From the NCBI GenBank assembly GCA_038727135.1, contig JAVYWL010000002.1:96001-160000 (forward strand): a stretch of 64,000 nucleotides of DNA. Direction: 5' to 3'. Below are positions 28,546-37,240 of this stretch, in pieces. The notes under the pieces are model-generated. The model had not been told where the DNA came from. It ran no database searches and worked only from the letters and a program-made list of their open reading frames with translations. This stretch comes from Candidatus Bathyarchaeia archaeon (GTDB taxonomy: Archaea > Thermoproteota > Bathyarchaeia > Bathyarchaeales > Bathycorpusculaceae). Position 1 is the first letter of the stretch, and each line of letters starts with the position of its first letter. The position numbers and the translations under genes were made by a program.

Positions 28546-29514
28546 TTAACCCTCAACCCTCCAGTACTTAGTGACCTTCTTGTTTTCTATCTCAAACAGT
28601 ATACCTCTTAACATTTCTTCTCCATACTCCGACCCGGGGTTTACTATTGGTACACCATCAATTTTCTCGATGCCACCAGATTCGTGAATGTGACCATGTA
28701 ACCCAATTTGAGGCTTATACTTTATTAGAGCTTCACGAACAGCTCTGCTTCCAACGTGCACAAATTCCACTTCCCCACCTATAGTTACTGGCTTGAGGTT
28801 CTTATCCAGTTTAGGCGCAAGATCAAGCCTAGTTCCATATGGTGGGCAGTGAAAGTTGAAGATTGATTGTCCAGGATCCTTCAACATTGAAACTAAGCCA
28901 TCTATCCTTTTCTTCATTTCTCCTTCCTCAAGTTCTCTCGGCGTGTCCCATGGCGTTGGATTTACATGATCAAAGCTTATTGTTTCAACGCCAGCTATTT
29001 CCACAACCTTATGCAAGGGATAAACCACCCCCATGTCCTCGTATTCTTTTATCACATCATCTACCTCAAAAATGTCATCATTTCCGGGCATAACTATTAA
29101 CTGCTTAGTTTTTGTGTCTATTTTTTCCACAGCCATATCCAGCCATTTTCTCAGTCTTTCAAGGATTGCGTCCTTCATGATTTCATCTATAACTTTTTCA
29201 GGATTCTTCTTTAGGTACTCAACCTCCTCCGGTGTTGTCATGTAAGGATAGTTTCCAGAATTTTCTATGCGCATCTTCATTTTCTCAAGCTCTTCCGGAG
29301 TTTTAAGGGTCCATGTTGATTTAAAGAAGCGAACAAGATATGTCCCATCTTTCTGTTTCATTATTGGAACAACCAGCTTGCCCGTGAGGTCTCCGCACAG
29401 CATTATTGTGTCTACTTTGTGGAAAATCGTCGCCGCAAGCCATTTCCTCCAAACCGCTGTACTTCCGTGGACGTCCACTGCAAAGAAAACCCTATGGGCA
29501 CTCAAACGGACCAC
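28546..29514 (-). CDS. Calcineurin-like metallophosphoesterase (Icc-related, COG2129-like)
   Basis: DVHG, GDLTGK, GNDD, HCPP, HVGS, HGHIHE, NPGSEY. Confidence 0.88.
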   Translation of the reverse strand: MVRLSAHRVFFAVDVHGSTAVWRKWLAATIFHKVDTIMLCGDLTGKLVVPIMKQKDGTYLVRFFKSTWTLKTPEELEKMKMRIENSGNYPYMTTPEEVEYLKKNPEKVIDEIMKDAILERLRKWLDMAVEKIDTKTKQLIVMPGNDDIFEVDDVIKEYEDMGVVYPLHKVVEIAGVETISFDHVNPTPWDTPRELEEGEMKKRIDGLVSMLKDPGQSIFNFHCPPYGTRLDLAPKLDKNLKPVTIGGEVEFVHVGSRAVREALIKYKPQIGLHGHIHESGGIEKIDGVPIVNPGSEYGEEMLRGILFEIENKKVTKYWRVEG

Positions 29515-29568
29515 CAGCTTAAATTTTGGAAACAGATTATTTAAAGTTTAAAATTTGGATATGAGGGC

Positions 29569-30396
29569 TTATCTCACTATTTCTTCAACTTCCCTATACC
29601 ATGGTTTAGAGGTGCCCACCTTTGCCCTTTTCAGCCAATTCTTAGTCTTAGGTGTTTCATTGATAATTTCCAACAACTTATCAATTCTCTCTTTAATAAG
29701 CTCGTATTGCCTATTTGAAATTTTTGAATCGTTATGTAATGATTCAACGTATTTCATGACTTTATTCAAGTTGTTGGTTGCATCATACCAAAACCCCCAA
29801 TCGTCAGCCAAAACACTAGCTATTCTATTTCCCGTTTCTGCGTCAATATCATGTCCAGCGAATAGGATTATAAGGTCAATGACATCCTTAACATTCATTT
29901 GGTGTATCTGCAACTTTGTTAAAAATATGTCCGGCAGACTTATTGTTGGATAATCAGCCTCCAACCTGCCGTTTCCAGGTTTAGACCCGAAGAAGATGTC
30001 ATGGGAAAATTCAAGCTTATCAAAGAACACATCCACATGATAATAATTCAGCGGATGGCTGTAAACTAGTCTCTTATAGCCGAAAAGAGCATTCACCTGT
30101 ATGTTAGGTTTAAATTTGACAACCTTCTCAAAGAAATCTTTCACGGAATTTCTTTGCGCAGAATAGGCCATGAGATCCAAATCCGTGAACTTAGGTTTGC
30201 CCTCGCCGAACCTCTGTAATTCATCATACAACCTGAAAGCCTCAGAATGATCCTGAGTGTGCAAATAAACGGCAAGTGCGCCCAACACCCTTAAAACCAC
30301 ACCATTATCCCTAGCCTTATTTATTAGACACATAGCTTCTCTGACAAAGTCTTCGTCGGAAATCCTCACAAACTCTTCAGGCAATCTTATACCCAA
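29569..30396 (-). CDS. Uncharacterised Pol-beta-superfamily nucleotidyltransferase-like protein
   Basis: LRVLGALAV glycine loop, TDLDL (DxD), third acid in VDVF, helical C-terminus with LTKLQ..KD..D. Fold assignment is inferred. Confidence 0.6.
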   Translation of the reverse strand: MGIRLPEEFVRISDEDFVREAMCLINKARDNGVVLRVLGALAVYLHTQDHSEAFRLYDELQRFGEGKPKFTDLDLMAYSAQRNSVKDFFEKVVKFKPNIQVNALFGYKRLVYSHPLNYYHVDVFFDKLEFSHDIFFGSKPGNGRLEADYPTISLPDIFLTKLQIHQMNVKDVIDLIILFAGHDIDAETGNRIASVLADDWGFWYDATNNLNKVMKYVESLHNDSKISNRQYELIKERIDKLLEIINETPKTKNWLKRAKVGTSKPWYREVEEIVR

Positions 30397-30558
30397 ATAT
30401 AATTTAATGGTACCAGTATTTTTAGTTTGATGTTAATCAAATGAAAACATCCCCTAAATATGGAAAACGTCAAGCGTAGAATCCCTCAAACCACACTTAC
30501 AACAATACCAAGAAACCCTACAACGTCTTGAAAGGAAGGAATGCGGGTTCGTCATAGG

Positions 30559-30667
30559 CGCCGGGGGTGGGATTTGAACCCACGCGGCCCTTTCGGGCCA
30601 CAGGCTCAGTGGCTGCTAGCAGACCTAGTCTCCAGGCCTGCTCCCTACCTGACTAGGAGACCCCGGC
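30559..30667 (-). tRNA. tRNA-Ser(GGA) with 23-nt intron at 37/38 (30607-30629)
   Basis: GCCGGGG/CCCCGGC acceptor, CAGGC-CT-GGA-G[intron]A-GCCTG, long variable arm GGCCC-GAAA-GGGCC, relaxed BHB. Confidence 0.93.
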
Positions 30668-30768
30668 GCTGTTTGTGCTATTATGTAATGCTTATTTGTT
30701 CTGTCTTATAATTATCCCTTTTCCGGTTTCCTTTGAAGTTTAGCGGAGTATTTGAGGGCTGGTGAAGG

Positions 30769-31386
30769 TTATTTTTCTGCCATTAGTACGCGGTAGCCGC
30801 TTTCTCTTGCTAGTATTGTGCAGTTGCCAAAGGCTTCTTCGAAGATTTGTTGGAGTCTTTTTCCGCCGATTTTTGATTTCACAACCATTTGTAATGTGGC
30901 TTTTTCAGCCATGTGTTTTGGGGCTTCTGTTATTATAGCTTTTACCGTGGCTAGTCCGGCGCTTACGGGCGGGTTTGATAATATGCAGTTAAAGCGTGTG
31001 CCTTCGACTGGTTGGTATAGGTGTCCCTTCCTAACCTCGGCGTTGTAGACATTGTTCAGCCTTATGTTTTGTCTTGCCAGCCTTACGGCTCTTTCGTTTA
31101 TGTCCACCATGACCACGTGAAGTTTTGGGTTTAGTTTTGCGGCGGCTATTCCGACAGCTCCATAGCCGCATCCCATGTCCAAAACGTAGCCGTTTTCTGG
31201 GAGAATCATAGTCTCTATTAATAGTCTTGTGCCTAGGTCTACACGCTTTTTTGAGAAGACTCCTGAGGCTGTTAGAAATTTGAAGGGTATACCTCTTAAT
31301 CTTGTTTGGATTATTCCAAATTTCGGCTTTGCCTTTGGTTTAGGCGCAAAATAGTGGTTTGTTTGGCTGTTCTTGCCGTTGGGCAT
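30769..31386 (-). CDS. RsmC-like class I SAM-dependent methyltransferase
   Basis: GVFS...VDLGTRLL, DMGCGYG, DINERA, SNPP. Confidence 0.88.
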   Translation of the reverse strand: MPNGKNSQTNHYFAPKPKAKPKFGIIQTRLRGIPFKFLTASGVFSKKRVDLGTRLLIETMILPENGYVLDMGCGYGAVGIAAAKLNPKLHVVMVDINERAVRLARQNIRLNNVYNAEVRKGHLYQPVEGTRFNCILSNPPVSAGLATVKAIITEAPKHMAEKATLQMVVKSKIGGKRLQQIFEEAFGNCTILARESGYRVLMAEK

Positions 31387-32411
31387 TATATTTCGCCGCT
31401 TTTCCAACACTTTGGATATGTGCCCCTTGGCATTAAAACCCTTTTTACTTTGGCGACCACGCCAAGCTCCATGTTTAAGATTTCCTCTGTAGATGCTTCA
31501 GCTATCGCTAGGGCTACTGCCTCACCTTTTAAGGTGAAGATTGCCACCATTGAGCCGGCGCTTATTCCGGTTTCGAGGGATAAGACGCCTGGAGCGGTTA
31601 GGTTTGCTCCGTGGCATATGGCGTCAACAGCCGAGTCCCTAATGTAAATTTTTGGCACAAGGGCTAGGGCTTTCTCCATGGGCTGAATAATCTTTTTTAG
31701 GATTGCTTCGTCTCCACTTTTTTGCCACTCCATGAACCAGTAGGCTACATCATGTAGTGTCACCATGCCTTCTTCTTCAACGAAGGGTCCGGCTCTTGTT
31801 CTGCGGAGTTCCTGCATGTGCGCCCCACAGCCTAGAACCTCGCCGATGTCGAAGCACAGTTTGCGGATGTATGTGCCGCCTTCGCAGCCAACCTTAAAGA
31901 GCACGTTTCTCCCATCCATTTCAAGAAAGTCAACGTAGTAAATTCGCCTAGTGCGGAGCTGCCGCTTGACAGAAGCCCTTAATGGTGGTCTCTGATAGAT
32001 TGTGTCTTCAAACTCTTTTAGCACGTCCTTCACACGTGCCTCGCTTACGTCTCCGTGAAGCTTCATGAGGCATACGTATTCTTTGCCGCTTAGAAGCAGT
32101 GCTTGGACAATCTTCCTAGACTCTTCTAGGGTTACCGGCAGGACGCCGGTCACGTTGGGGTTTCCCCAACCCTTTTAGGCTTCTAGGGTCCCGCCGTGAC
32201 CGACGTTCTGAACGCCCAGTATGCGTTTAACCCATGCGGCTACTTCGTGGCTTGTGGGTCCAGCCGGCTTGTCAAGGTTTACGACGCCGAATCTTATGTA
32301 TTCTTTTGCTGGGCGTTCTTCCGGTTTACAGCCATATTTTGGGTCTGTTTCTCCCTCAGCCTTAACAATTAGCTCGCGTTTAATCTCCCAAGGCGGAACA
32401 CTTCTAGGCAT
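31386..32411 (-). CDS. cbf5: H/ACA RNA-guided pseudouridine synthase Cbf5 (TruB family), two exons 32411-32183 and 32161-31386
   Basis: Exon 1 has [12 protein letters not shown]...GHGGTL; exon 2 has [25 protein letters not shown] and a PUA domain. Removing 21 nt restores HGGTLDP. Confidence 0.95.
32162..32182 (-). other. 21-nt BHB-type mRNA intron in cbf5
   Basis: AAGCCTAAAAGGGTTGGGGAA inserted after G of the GAC Asp codon; contains in-frame TAA; bulges AG^A and AA^A flank a CCCU/GGGG helix. Confidence 0.9.
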
Positions 32412-32469
32412 TTTGAATAAAACACCTCTAACGTTAGAAAATATGAGTAGGGAGTTAAATAATAGTTTG

Positions 32470-32760
32470 TTAAGCTGGAGCTAAGGCTGGTTTGACGGGT
32501 TGAGCCATAACCTCCAAAAGTCCCTTCTTTTTCAATGCTTCAATTACTTCCTCATCGGAGGCGCCCCGCTTTATGTCAATTTTTTCGGCTAACGGCTCCA
32601 AGTGGTTAATGTTTGCCCTTCGCCTCTTAACGCCAGTAACACTTTTCGGTCCAGTCACCAGCACAAAGCTTTTGTCAATGATGTCAACTATTACGCATTT
32701 TTTGCCAGCCTCCCTTCCACAGATTTTGACGCATATCCTGCCAACTTCGACTGCCGGCAA
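32470..32760 (-). CDS. rpl14e: 50S ribosomal protein L14e
   Basis: [43 protein letters not shown]. Confidence 0.95.
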   Translation of the reverse strand: MPAVEVGRICVKICGREAGKKCVIVDIIDKSFVLVTGPKSVTGVKRRRANINHLEPLAEKIDIKRGASDEEVIEALKKKGLLEVMAQPVKPALAPA

Positions 32761-32873
32761 GTTAGACCCTCCCTTTTTAAGGCATAAGCGTAAACGCTCA
32801 TATTTATAATTTCAGCTCTTTAAAAGCGGCTGAAATCGTTAAAACTGCCCACATAAATCCTAGATTTGATGGT

Positions 32874-33557
32874 TTGGAGGTTTGGGAGACGGCTAAAATA
32901 GGCTTAATAACTATTGGGCAATCGCCCAGAAACGATGTGACTCCCATGCTAAAGGCGATGCTCGGTCAAGCAGTCCAGCTTGTGGAGAAAGGAGTCCTAG
33001 ACGGTTTAGCAAAGGATGAGGTTGACAGGTTGGCTCCAAGGACTGGGGACTATGTGCTGGTCACACGGCTAAGGGATGGGACATCGGTCAAGGTAGCTAG
33101 GCGACCGATTGTGCCGAAAATTCAGAGGTGCATAGAAGAGCTTGAGGGCTTAGAAGTTGACCTAAATGTGCTTTTATGCACTGGAGAGTTTCCCGGTTTA
33201 AGAGTCAAGAAACCGTTGATAATGCCGGAAGTCCTAATCACAAGCCTTGTACGGTGCGTTAGGGGCGGGAAAATAGGCGTGGTTGTCCCGGAGAAGGAGC
33301 AGATTTCCGGTGCTATTCGAAGATGGAAAAGAGTAGGGGTTTCAGTGGTTGTGGCAAGTGCAAACCCTTACAGCGACACCGAAGCCTTGAAAAAAGCCGC
33401 CCTACTATTTGCCGAGGAAAATGTTGACTTGACGGTGCTTGACTGCATAGGCTTCGCACTTGAGGCTAAAGAGATCTTTAGAAGATTAACTGGCAAGCCT
33501 GCTATCTTGCCACAAGCGTTATTGGGATGCGTATTGAAGAGTTTGGTGGGTCCTTGA
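32874..33557 (+). CDS. AroM family protein
   Basis: TIGQSPRND, LVTRLRDG, LLCTGEFP, A.PY, LDCIGF. Confidence 0.88.
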   Translation: MEVWETAKIGLITIGQSPRNDVTPMLKAMLGQAVQLVEKGVLDGLAKDEVDRLAPRTGDYVLVTRLRDGTSVKVARRPIVPKIQRCIEELEGLEVDLNVLLCTGEFPGLRVKKPLIMPEVLITSLVRCVRGGKIGVVVPEKEQISGAIRRWKRVGVSVVVASANPYSDTEALKKAALLFAEENVDLTVLDCIGFALEAKEIFRRLTGKPAILPQALLGCVLKSLVGP

Positions 33558-33564
33558 ACCCTTT

Positions 33565-34923
33565 TTAGGTCATGAATTTTTCCACAACATTGTATAGTAC
33601 GCTTGTTCCGAAGATTAGGTTCTTAATGGATATTCGCTCATCTACGCCATGCACCATTTTCCAAATTTCACTAAAGGGCAAGTCTGATAGCATCGGTTGA
33701 AAGCCATAACACACTGAGCCTAGGCTTCTGAAGAAACGGGAGTCCGTTCCACCAGTCAGCAGTATAGGGGCCACAGTGCAGTTAGGTTCAAATCCCTTTA
33801 GGGTTTCCACCATAAGCTCATATAGAGGCGTATCCATAGGGGATTCCGAAGGCTCATTAGCCTGAATAACCTCAAACTCAAGCTTTTCTAGGTCCACATC
33901 CCTTAAAAGCTCCTTTACGTGGTTTAGGGTTTCGGTTGTGCTTTGTCCCGGGAGGATTCTGCAGTCGAAGACTGTTTCGCATTCTGATGGGATTATGTTC
34001 TCCTTAACACCCCCATGAATTATTGTTGGTGTAATGGTCGTCCTCAGTAATGCACGGAACTGTTCAGCCATGGTCTTGTCCTTTTGGGCAAGCATGTCTA
34101 AAATATCATCGCCTCTATCCGGGTTTTGGAGCAAGAATGTCAGCGCTTGCCTTGCCTCAACGTTTTCCTCAGCCATAACAGCCAAAAACTGCTTAACAGT
34201 CGGAGTTAAAACCATGGGCGCACGATAGTTACCCAACTTGTCCACAACGCGATTCATTCGCAGAATAGCGTTGTCAGCGGCGCCCGGCACCGAGCCGTGT
34301 CCCGGTCTCCCTTTCGCTTTAACCTTGAACCATAGAATGCCCTTCTCGGCTGTCTGAATTGTGAAAACGTTTTTGTCATCCATCGGGATGGCGTGTCCGC
34401 CGCCCTCGTTTATGACATATTCAGCTCTAACCTTTTCTAAGTGATTGCGGACGAGCCATCCAGCGCCGTATTCTCCGCCTTTCTCCTCGTCGGCTGTCGC
34501 GGCTAATATGACGTCGCCCTTAAGCTTGACGTTATTGCGTTTCAGAAGCTTCATAACCATGACTTCCATGGCGGTCATGGATTTCATGTCGATGGCGCCC
34601 CTGCCCCAGACGAAACCGTCCTTAACCAAGCCTGAGAAGGGGTCTACGCTCCACTCTTTTGGGTTTGCAGCCACCACGTCTAGATGGGAAAGCAGTAGAA
34701 GGCTGGGCTTCTCGCCTGTTCCTTTAAGGCGGGTTATAACGTTTCCCCTTCCGGGGGCAGACTCCAAAACCTCACATTTGAAGCCTTCCCTTTCCAAATT
34801 TTCCGCCAAGTATTTTGCGGCTTGAGACTCATTTCCAGGCGGGTTCGTTGTGTTTATACGGATTAAATCGCTTAAGAGGGCGGTAATCTCATCCTCAATT
34901 TCTGTTAATAGTTCCGCTTTCAT
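33565..34923 (-). CDS. M20/M25/M40 family metallo-hydrolase (ArgE/DapE-like)
   Basis: SHLDVV, GRGAIDMK, DEEKGG, NEGG, GGTDSR, HGVDER. Confidence 0.92.
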   Translation of the reverse strand: MKAELLTEIEDEITALLSDLIRINTTNPPGNESQAAKYLAENLEREGFKCEVLESAPGRGNVITRLKGTGEKPSLLLLSHLDVVAANPKEWSVDPFSGLVKDGFVWGRGAIDMKSMTAMEVMVMKLLKRNNVKLKGDVILAATADEEKGGEYGAGWLVRNHLEKVRAEYVINEGGGHAIPMDDKNVFTIQTAEKGILWFKVKAKGRPGHGSVPGAADNAILRMNRVVDKLGNYRAPMVLTPTVKQFLAVMAEENVEARQALTFLLQNPDRGDDILDMLAQKDKTMAEQFRALLRTTITPTIIHGGVKENIIPSECETVFDCRILPGQSTTETLNHVKELLRDVDLEKLEFEVIQANEPSESPMDTPLYELMVETLKGFEPNCTVAPILLTGGTDSRFFRSLGSVCYGFQPMLSDLPFSEIWKMVHGVDERISIKNLIFGTSVLYNVVEKFMT

Positions 34924-34987
34924 AGCTTATCACTTTAGCTCAAGGATAATAGGTCAGAAAACATTTAAGATTTTGTGGAAAAGCCCA

Positions 34988-35335
34988 TCAGCATGTTAGA
35001 TGGAAGGCGCCGGCAACCAATTTCCCAGCTTTCAAAAGCTCGTTGAAAGTCTTGTAAGCCTCACCGGTCGGTTGGGCAATAAGCTTTATTCCCCGCTCTT
35101 TTAAGGCTTCGTTGACTTCCGGCATAACCTTAACAAGTCCGGAGTATCCAGTGCCAACCACGAGAACCTCTGGAAGCGGTTTGTGGCTAAAAACCTCCTT
35201 TAGGTCTTCAATGTATATTCTGTGGCCTTCCTTTCTCCACCATCCACTCATGACTTTGTCTGGAAAGACTATAACGTCGCCCGTGTAGCGTTTACCATCT
35301 ATAACCATGACGCCGAAATCATAAGAGTCTATCAT
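34988..35335 (-). CDS. Mth938-like (DUF498) protein
   Basis: IDSYDFG, VVGTG, T.EA...FN, HLTC. Confidence 0.88.
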   Translation of the reverse strand: MIDSYDFGVMVIDGKRYTGDVIVFPDKVMSGWWRKEGHRIYIEDLKEVFSHKPLPEVLVVGTGYSGLVKVMPEVNEALKERGIKLIAQPTGEAYKTFNELLKAGKLVAGAFHLTC

Positions 35336-35404
35336 CTACGTTCACTAATATTCTTTTTAAAGGTTTAAAGGATTTAAAGCCTAACGCCAAAATCACTTTT
35401 AGCC

Positions 35405-35983
35405 ATGAAGCCTCTCCCCAAAAGCTTTTATGAGAGAGACCCTGCCACTGTTGCAAGAGAACTTCTTGGAAAAGTGCTCGTTAGAAGGCTTGACAGTCAA
35501 ACTTTAAGCGGGAAAATCGTTGAAACCGAAGCCTACTACGGTGAGAAAGACCCAGCCTCAAAAGCCTATGAGGGAAGGAAAGCCTTCAACGAGCTAATGT
35601 TTTTAGATGTTGGAAAAACCTTCATTTACATGGTTCATGGAAACTGGCTCCTAAACGTCGTTGCCCACCCGAAAGGCGGTGTGGGCGCCGTCTTAATAAG
35701 AGCTATAGAACCTCTCCAAGGAATAGAGGCTATGAAGAAAAATAGGAGGGTAAGGGACATTTACGCCCTTACAAGCGGTCCTGGAAGGCTTACGAAGGCG
35801 ATGGGCATAACGAAGGAGCAAAACGGCCTAGACATTACAAAGGCTGAAAACGAAATAGCGATTTTTGAAGCCGCGGCAGAGGAATTTGAAATCTGCACTT
35901 CTCATAGGATAGGCGTTAAAAGAGATCTTCCGCAAGAGTTAAGGTTCTACATTAAAGGGAACAAGTTTATTTCAAAGCCGTGA
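35405..35983 (+). CDS. mpg: DNA-3-methyladenine glycosylase (AAG/MPG family)
   Basis: IVETEAY, AVLIRAIEP, GPGRL..A.GI, RIGV, RFY. Confidence 0.92.
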   Translation: MKPLPKSFYERDPATVARELLGKVLVRRLDSQTLSGKIVETEAYYGEKDPASKAYEGRKAFNELMFLDVGKTFIYMVHGNWLLNVVAHPKGGVGAVLIRAIEPLQGIEAMKKNRRVRDIYALTSGPGRLTKAMGITKEQNGLDITKAENEIAIFEAAAEEFEICTSHRIGVKRDLPQELRFYIKGNKFISKP

Positions 35984-36032
35984 AAATTTATCTACAAAAT
36001 GAACGTTTAACTGTTTGTAGAAGGCGCCGTGG

Positions 36033-36572
36033 ATGCTGAGTCAAGAAGCCCTACGCCAAATTCGGGAGACACCACCAACGAAAATTGTTGGGTTGATTTC
36101 TGACACGCATGTGCCAGCCCGAGCTAGAGAAATTCCGAGGCGTGTTTTCGAAATTTTCGAAAAAGTTGATTACATTGTGCATGCTGGCGATCTAGTTGAC
36201 CTGTCGGTTATAGACAGGTTGGAGCAGCTTGCCCCCGTTTTAGCTGTTTACGGCAACATGGACGGCCCTGAAATTCGTGGAAAGCTTCCTAAAATGAATT
36301 CTGTTAAGATTTTTGATTGGAAGATTGGCGTTATGCACGACCCGGGGACACTTTTTGGCATGGGGAAGATGCGGGAAATAGCCAAACAAAATGGCTTCAA
36401 CGTGTTTGTTTATGGGCACACACATCACCCAAGCATTAAGTGGGAAGGCGAAGTCCTCTTCATAAACCCTGGAAGTCCAACAAACCCTCTTCCGCCATTT
36501 ATGGCGAAACCGACGGTGGCTCTGCTAAAGATTACAAAGGAGAAGATTCATCCTGAAATCATAACTTTGTAG
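36033..36572 (+). CDS. YfcE/MJ0936 family metallophosphoesterase
   Basis: SDTH, HAGD, GNMD, GHTH, NPGS. Confidence 0.9.
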   Translation: MLSQEALRQIRETPPTKIVGLISDTHVPARAREIPRRVFEIFEKVDYIVHAGDLVDLSVIDRLEQLAPVLAVYGNMDGPEIRGKLPKMNSVKIFDWKIGVMHDPGTLFGMGKMREIAKQNGFNVFVYGHTHHPSIKWEGEVLFINPGSPTNPLPPFMAKPTVALLKITKEKIHPEIITL

Positions 36573-36691
36573 GGCAGAGTTTTCACTTTAACTTATCTCT
36601 CTCCCCTTGCTGGAAAGTCGTTTCATGGTATGCCTTAAAAGGGGATTGTGACAGAACACCCTAACCAGTCGCGTGAAAGTGGTGAGCCTCT

Positions 36692-36829
36692 ATGGAGCGC
36701 TGTAGAAACCCTTGGAATAAGGAATGCAGAAACGACGACATTGAGGTTTACATAGTCTTCAAAGGTGATAAACTTCCCATTTGTAGGCGATGCTGGAGCA
36801 AAATAGCAGAAAAAGATTTAGAATGGTGA
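36692..36829 (+). CDS. Putative Cys4 zinc-binding micro-protein (45 aa), not in ORF track
   Basis: Hand translation MERCRNPWNKECRNDDIEVYIVFKGDKLPICRRCWSKIAEKDLEW; GGTGA SD at 36681; stop 7 nt before the next ATG. Confidence 0.75.
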   Translation: MERCRNPWNKECRNDDIEVYIVFKGDKLPICRRCWSKIAEKDLEW

Positions 36830-36836
36830 AAAAGGC

Positions 36837-37085
36837 ATGAATGGCTTCAACTTGAACGTTGCCAAATCCTTTCTTGGAAAGCACGTCAACCTCCACCTAA
36901 AAGATGGCTCAGTAATAGTGAACGTTCAGCTGGCTGCAATTCAAAGGGATGAAATGCGAAACGAAGTCTTTGTTAGGTGCATATCATATGGGAAGGGCAA
37001 CACGCTCCGAATACCTCTAAGAAGTATTGCGTGGGCAAAGCTTGTAGACTTAAACATTGTTGAGATGAAAGAGACCGTCGGCTAG
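36837..37085 (+). CDS. Small hypothetical protein with Sm/LSm-like pattern
   Basis: FLGKHVNLHLKDGSVI resembles Sm1; IPLRSIAW resembles Sm2 (inference). Confidence 0.6.
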   Translation: MNGFNLNVAKSFLGKHVNLHLKDGSVIVNVQLAAIQRDEMRNEVFVRCISYGKGNTLRIPLRSIAWAKLVDLNIVEMKETVG

Positions 37086-37240
37086 CCTGCACTAGCGAAA
37101 ATAAAGCCTTGCTAAAATCCGTTTTCCTATAAAAAGGTATGAGGAGTGCAGATCAAGCTCTTCTAAAGTGTTTGGGTTTTTCTTTGTGTTTCTCGAAAAA
37201 CTTTAAAAAAATGTTTCATGACATTTTTATATGGTCAATT

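Noticed and set aside
30455-30558. Possible gene or integrase remnant 3' of tRNA-Ser
   Set aside because: Short open frame without recognisable motifs; no att duplicate near 26800.
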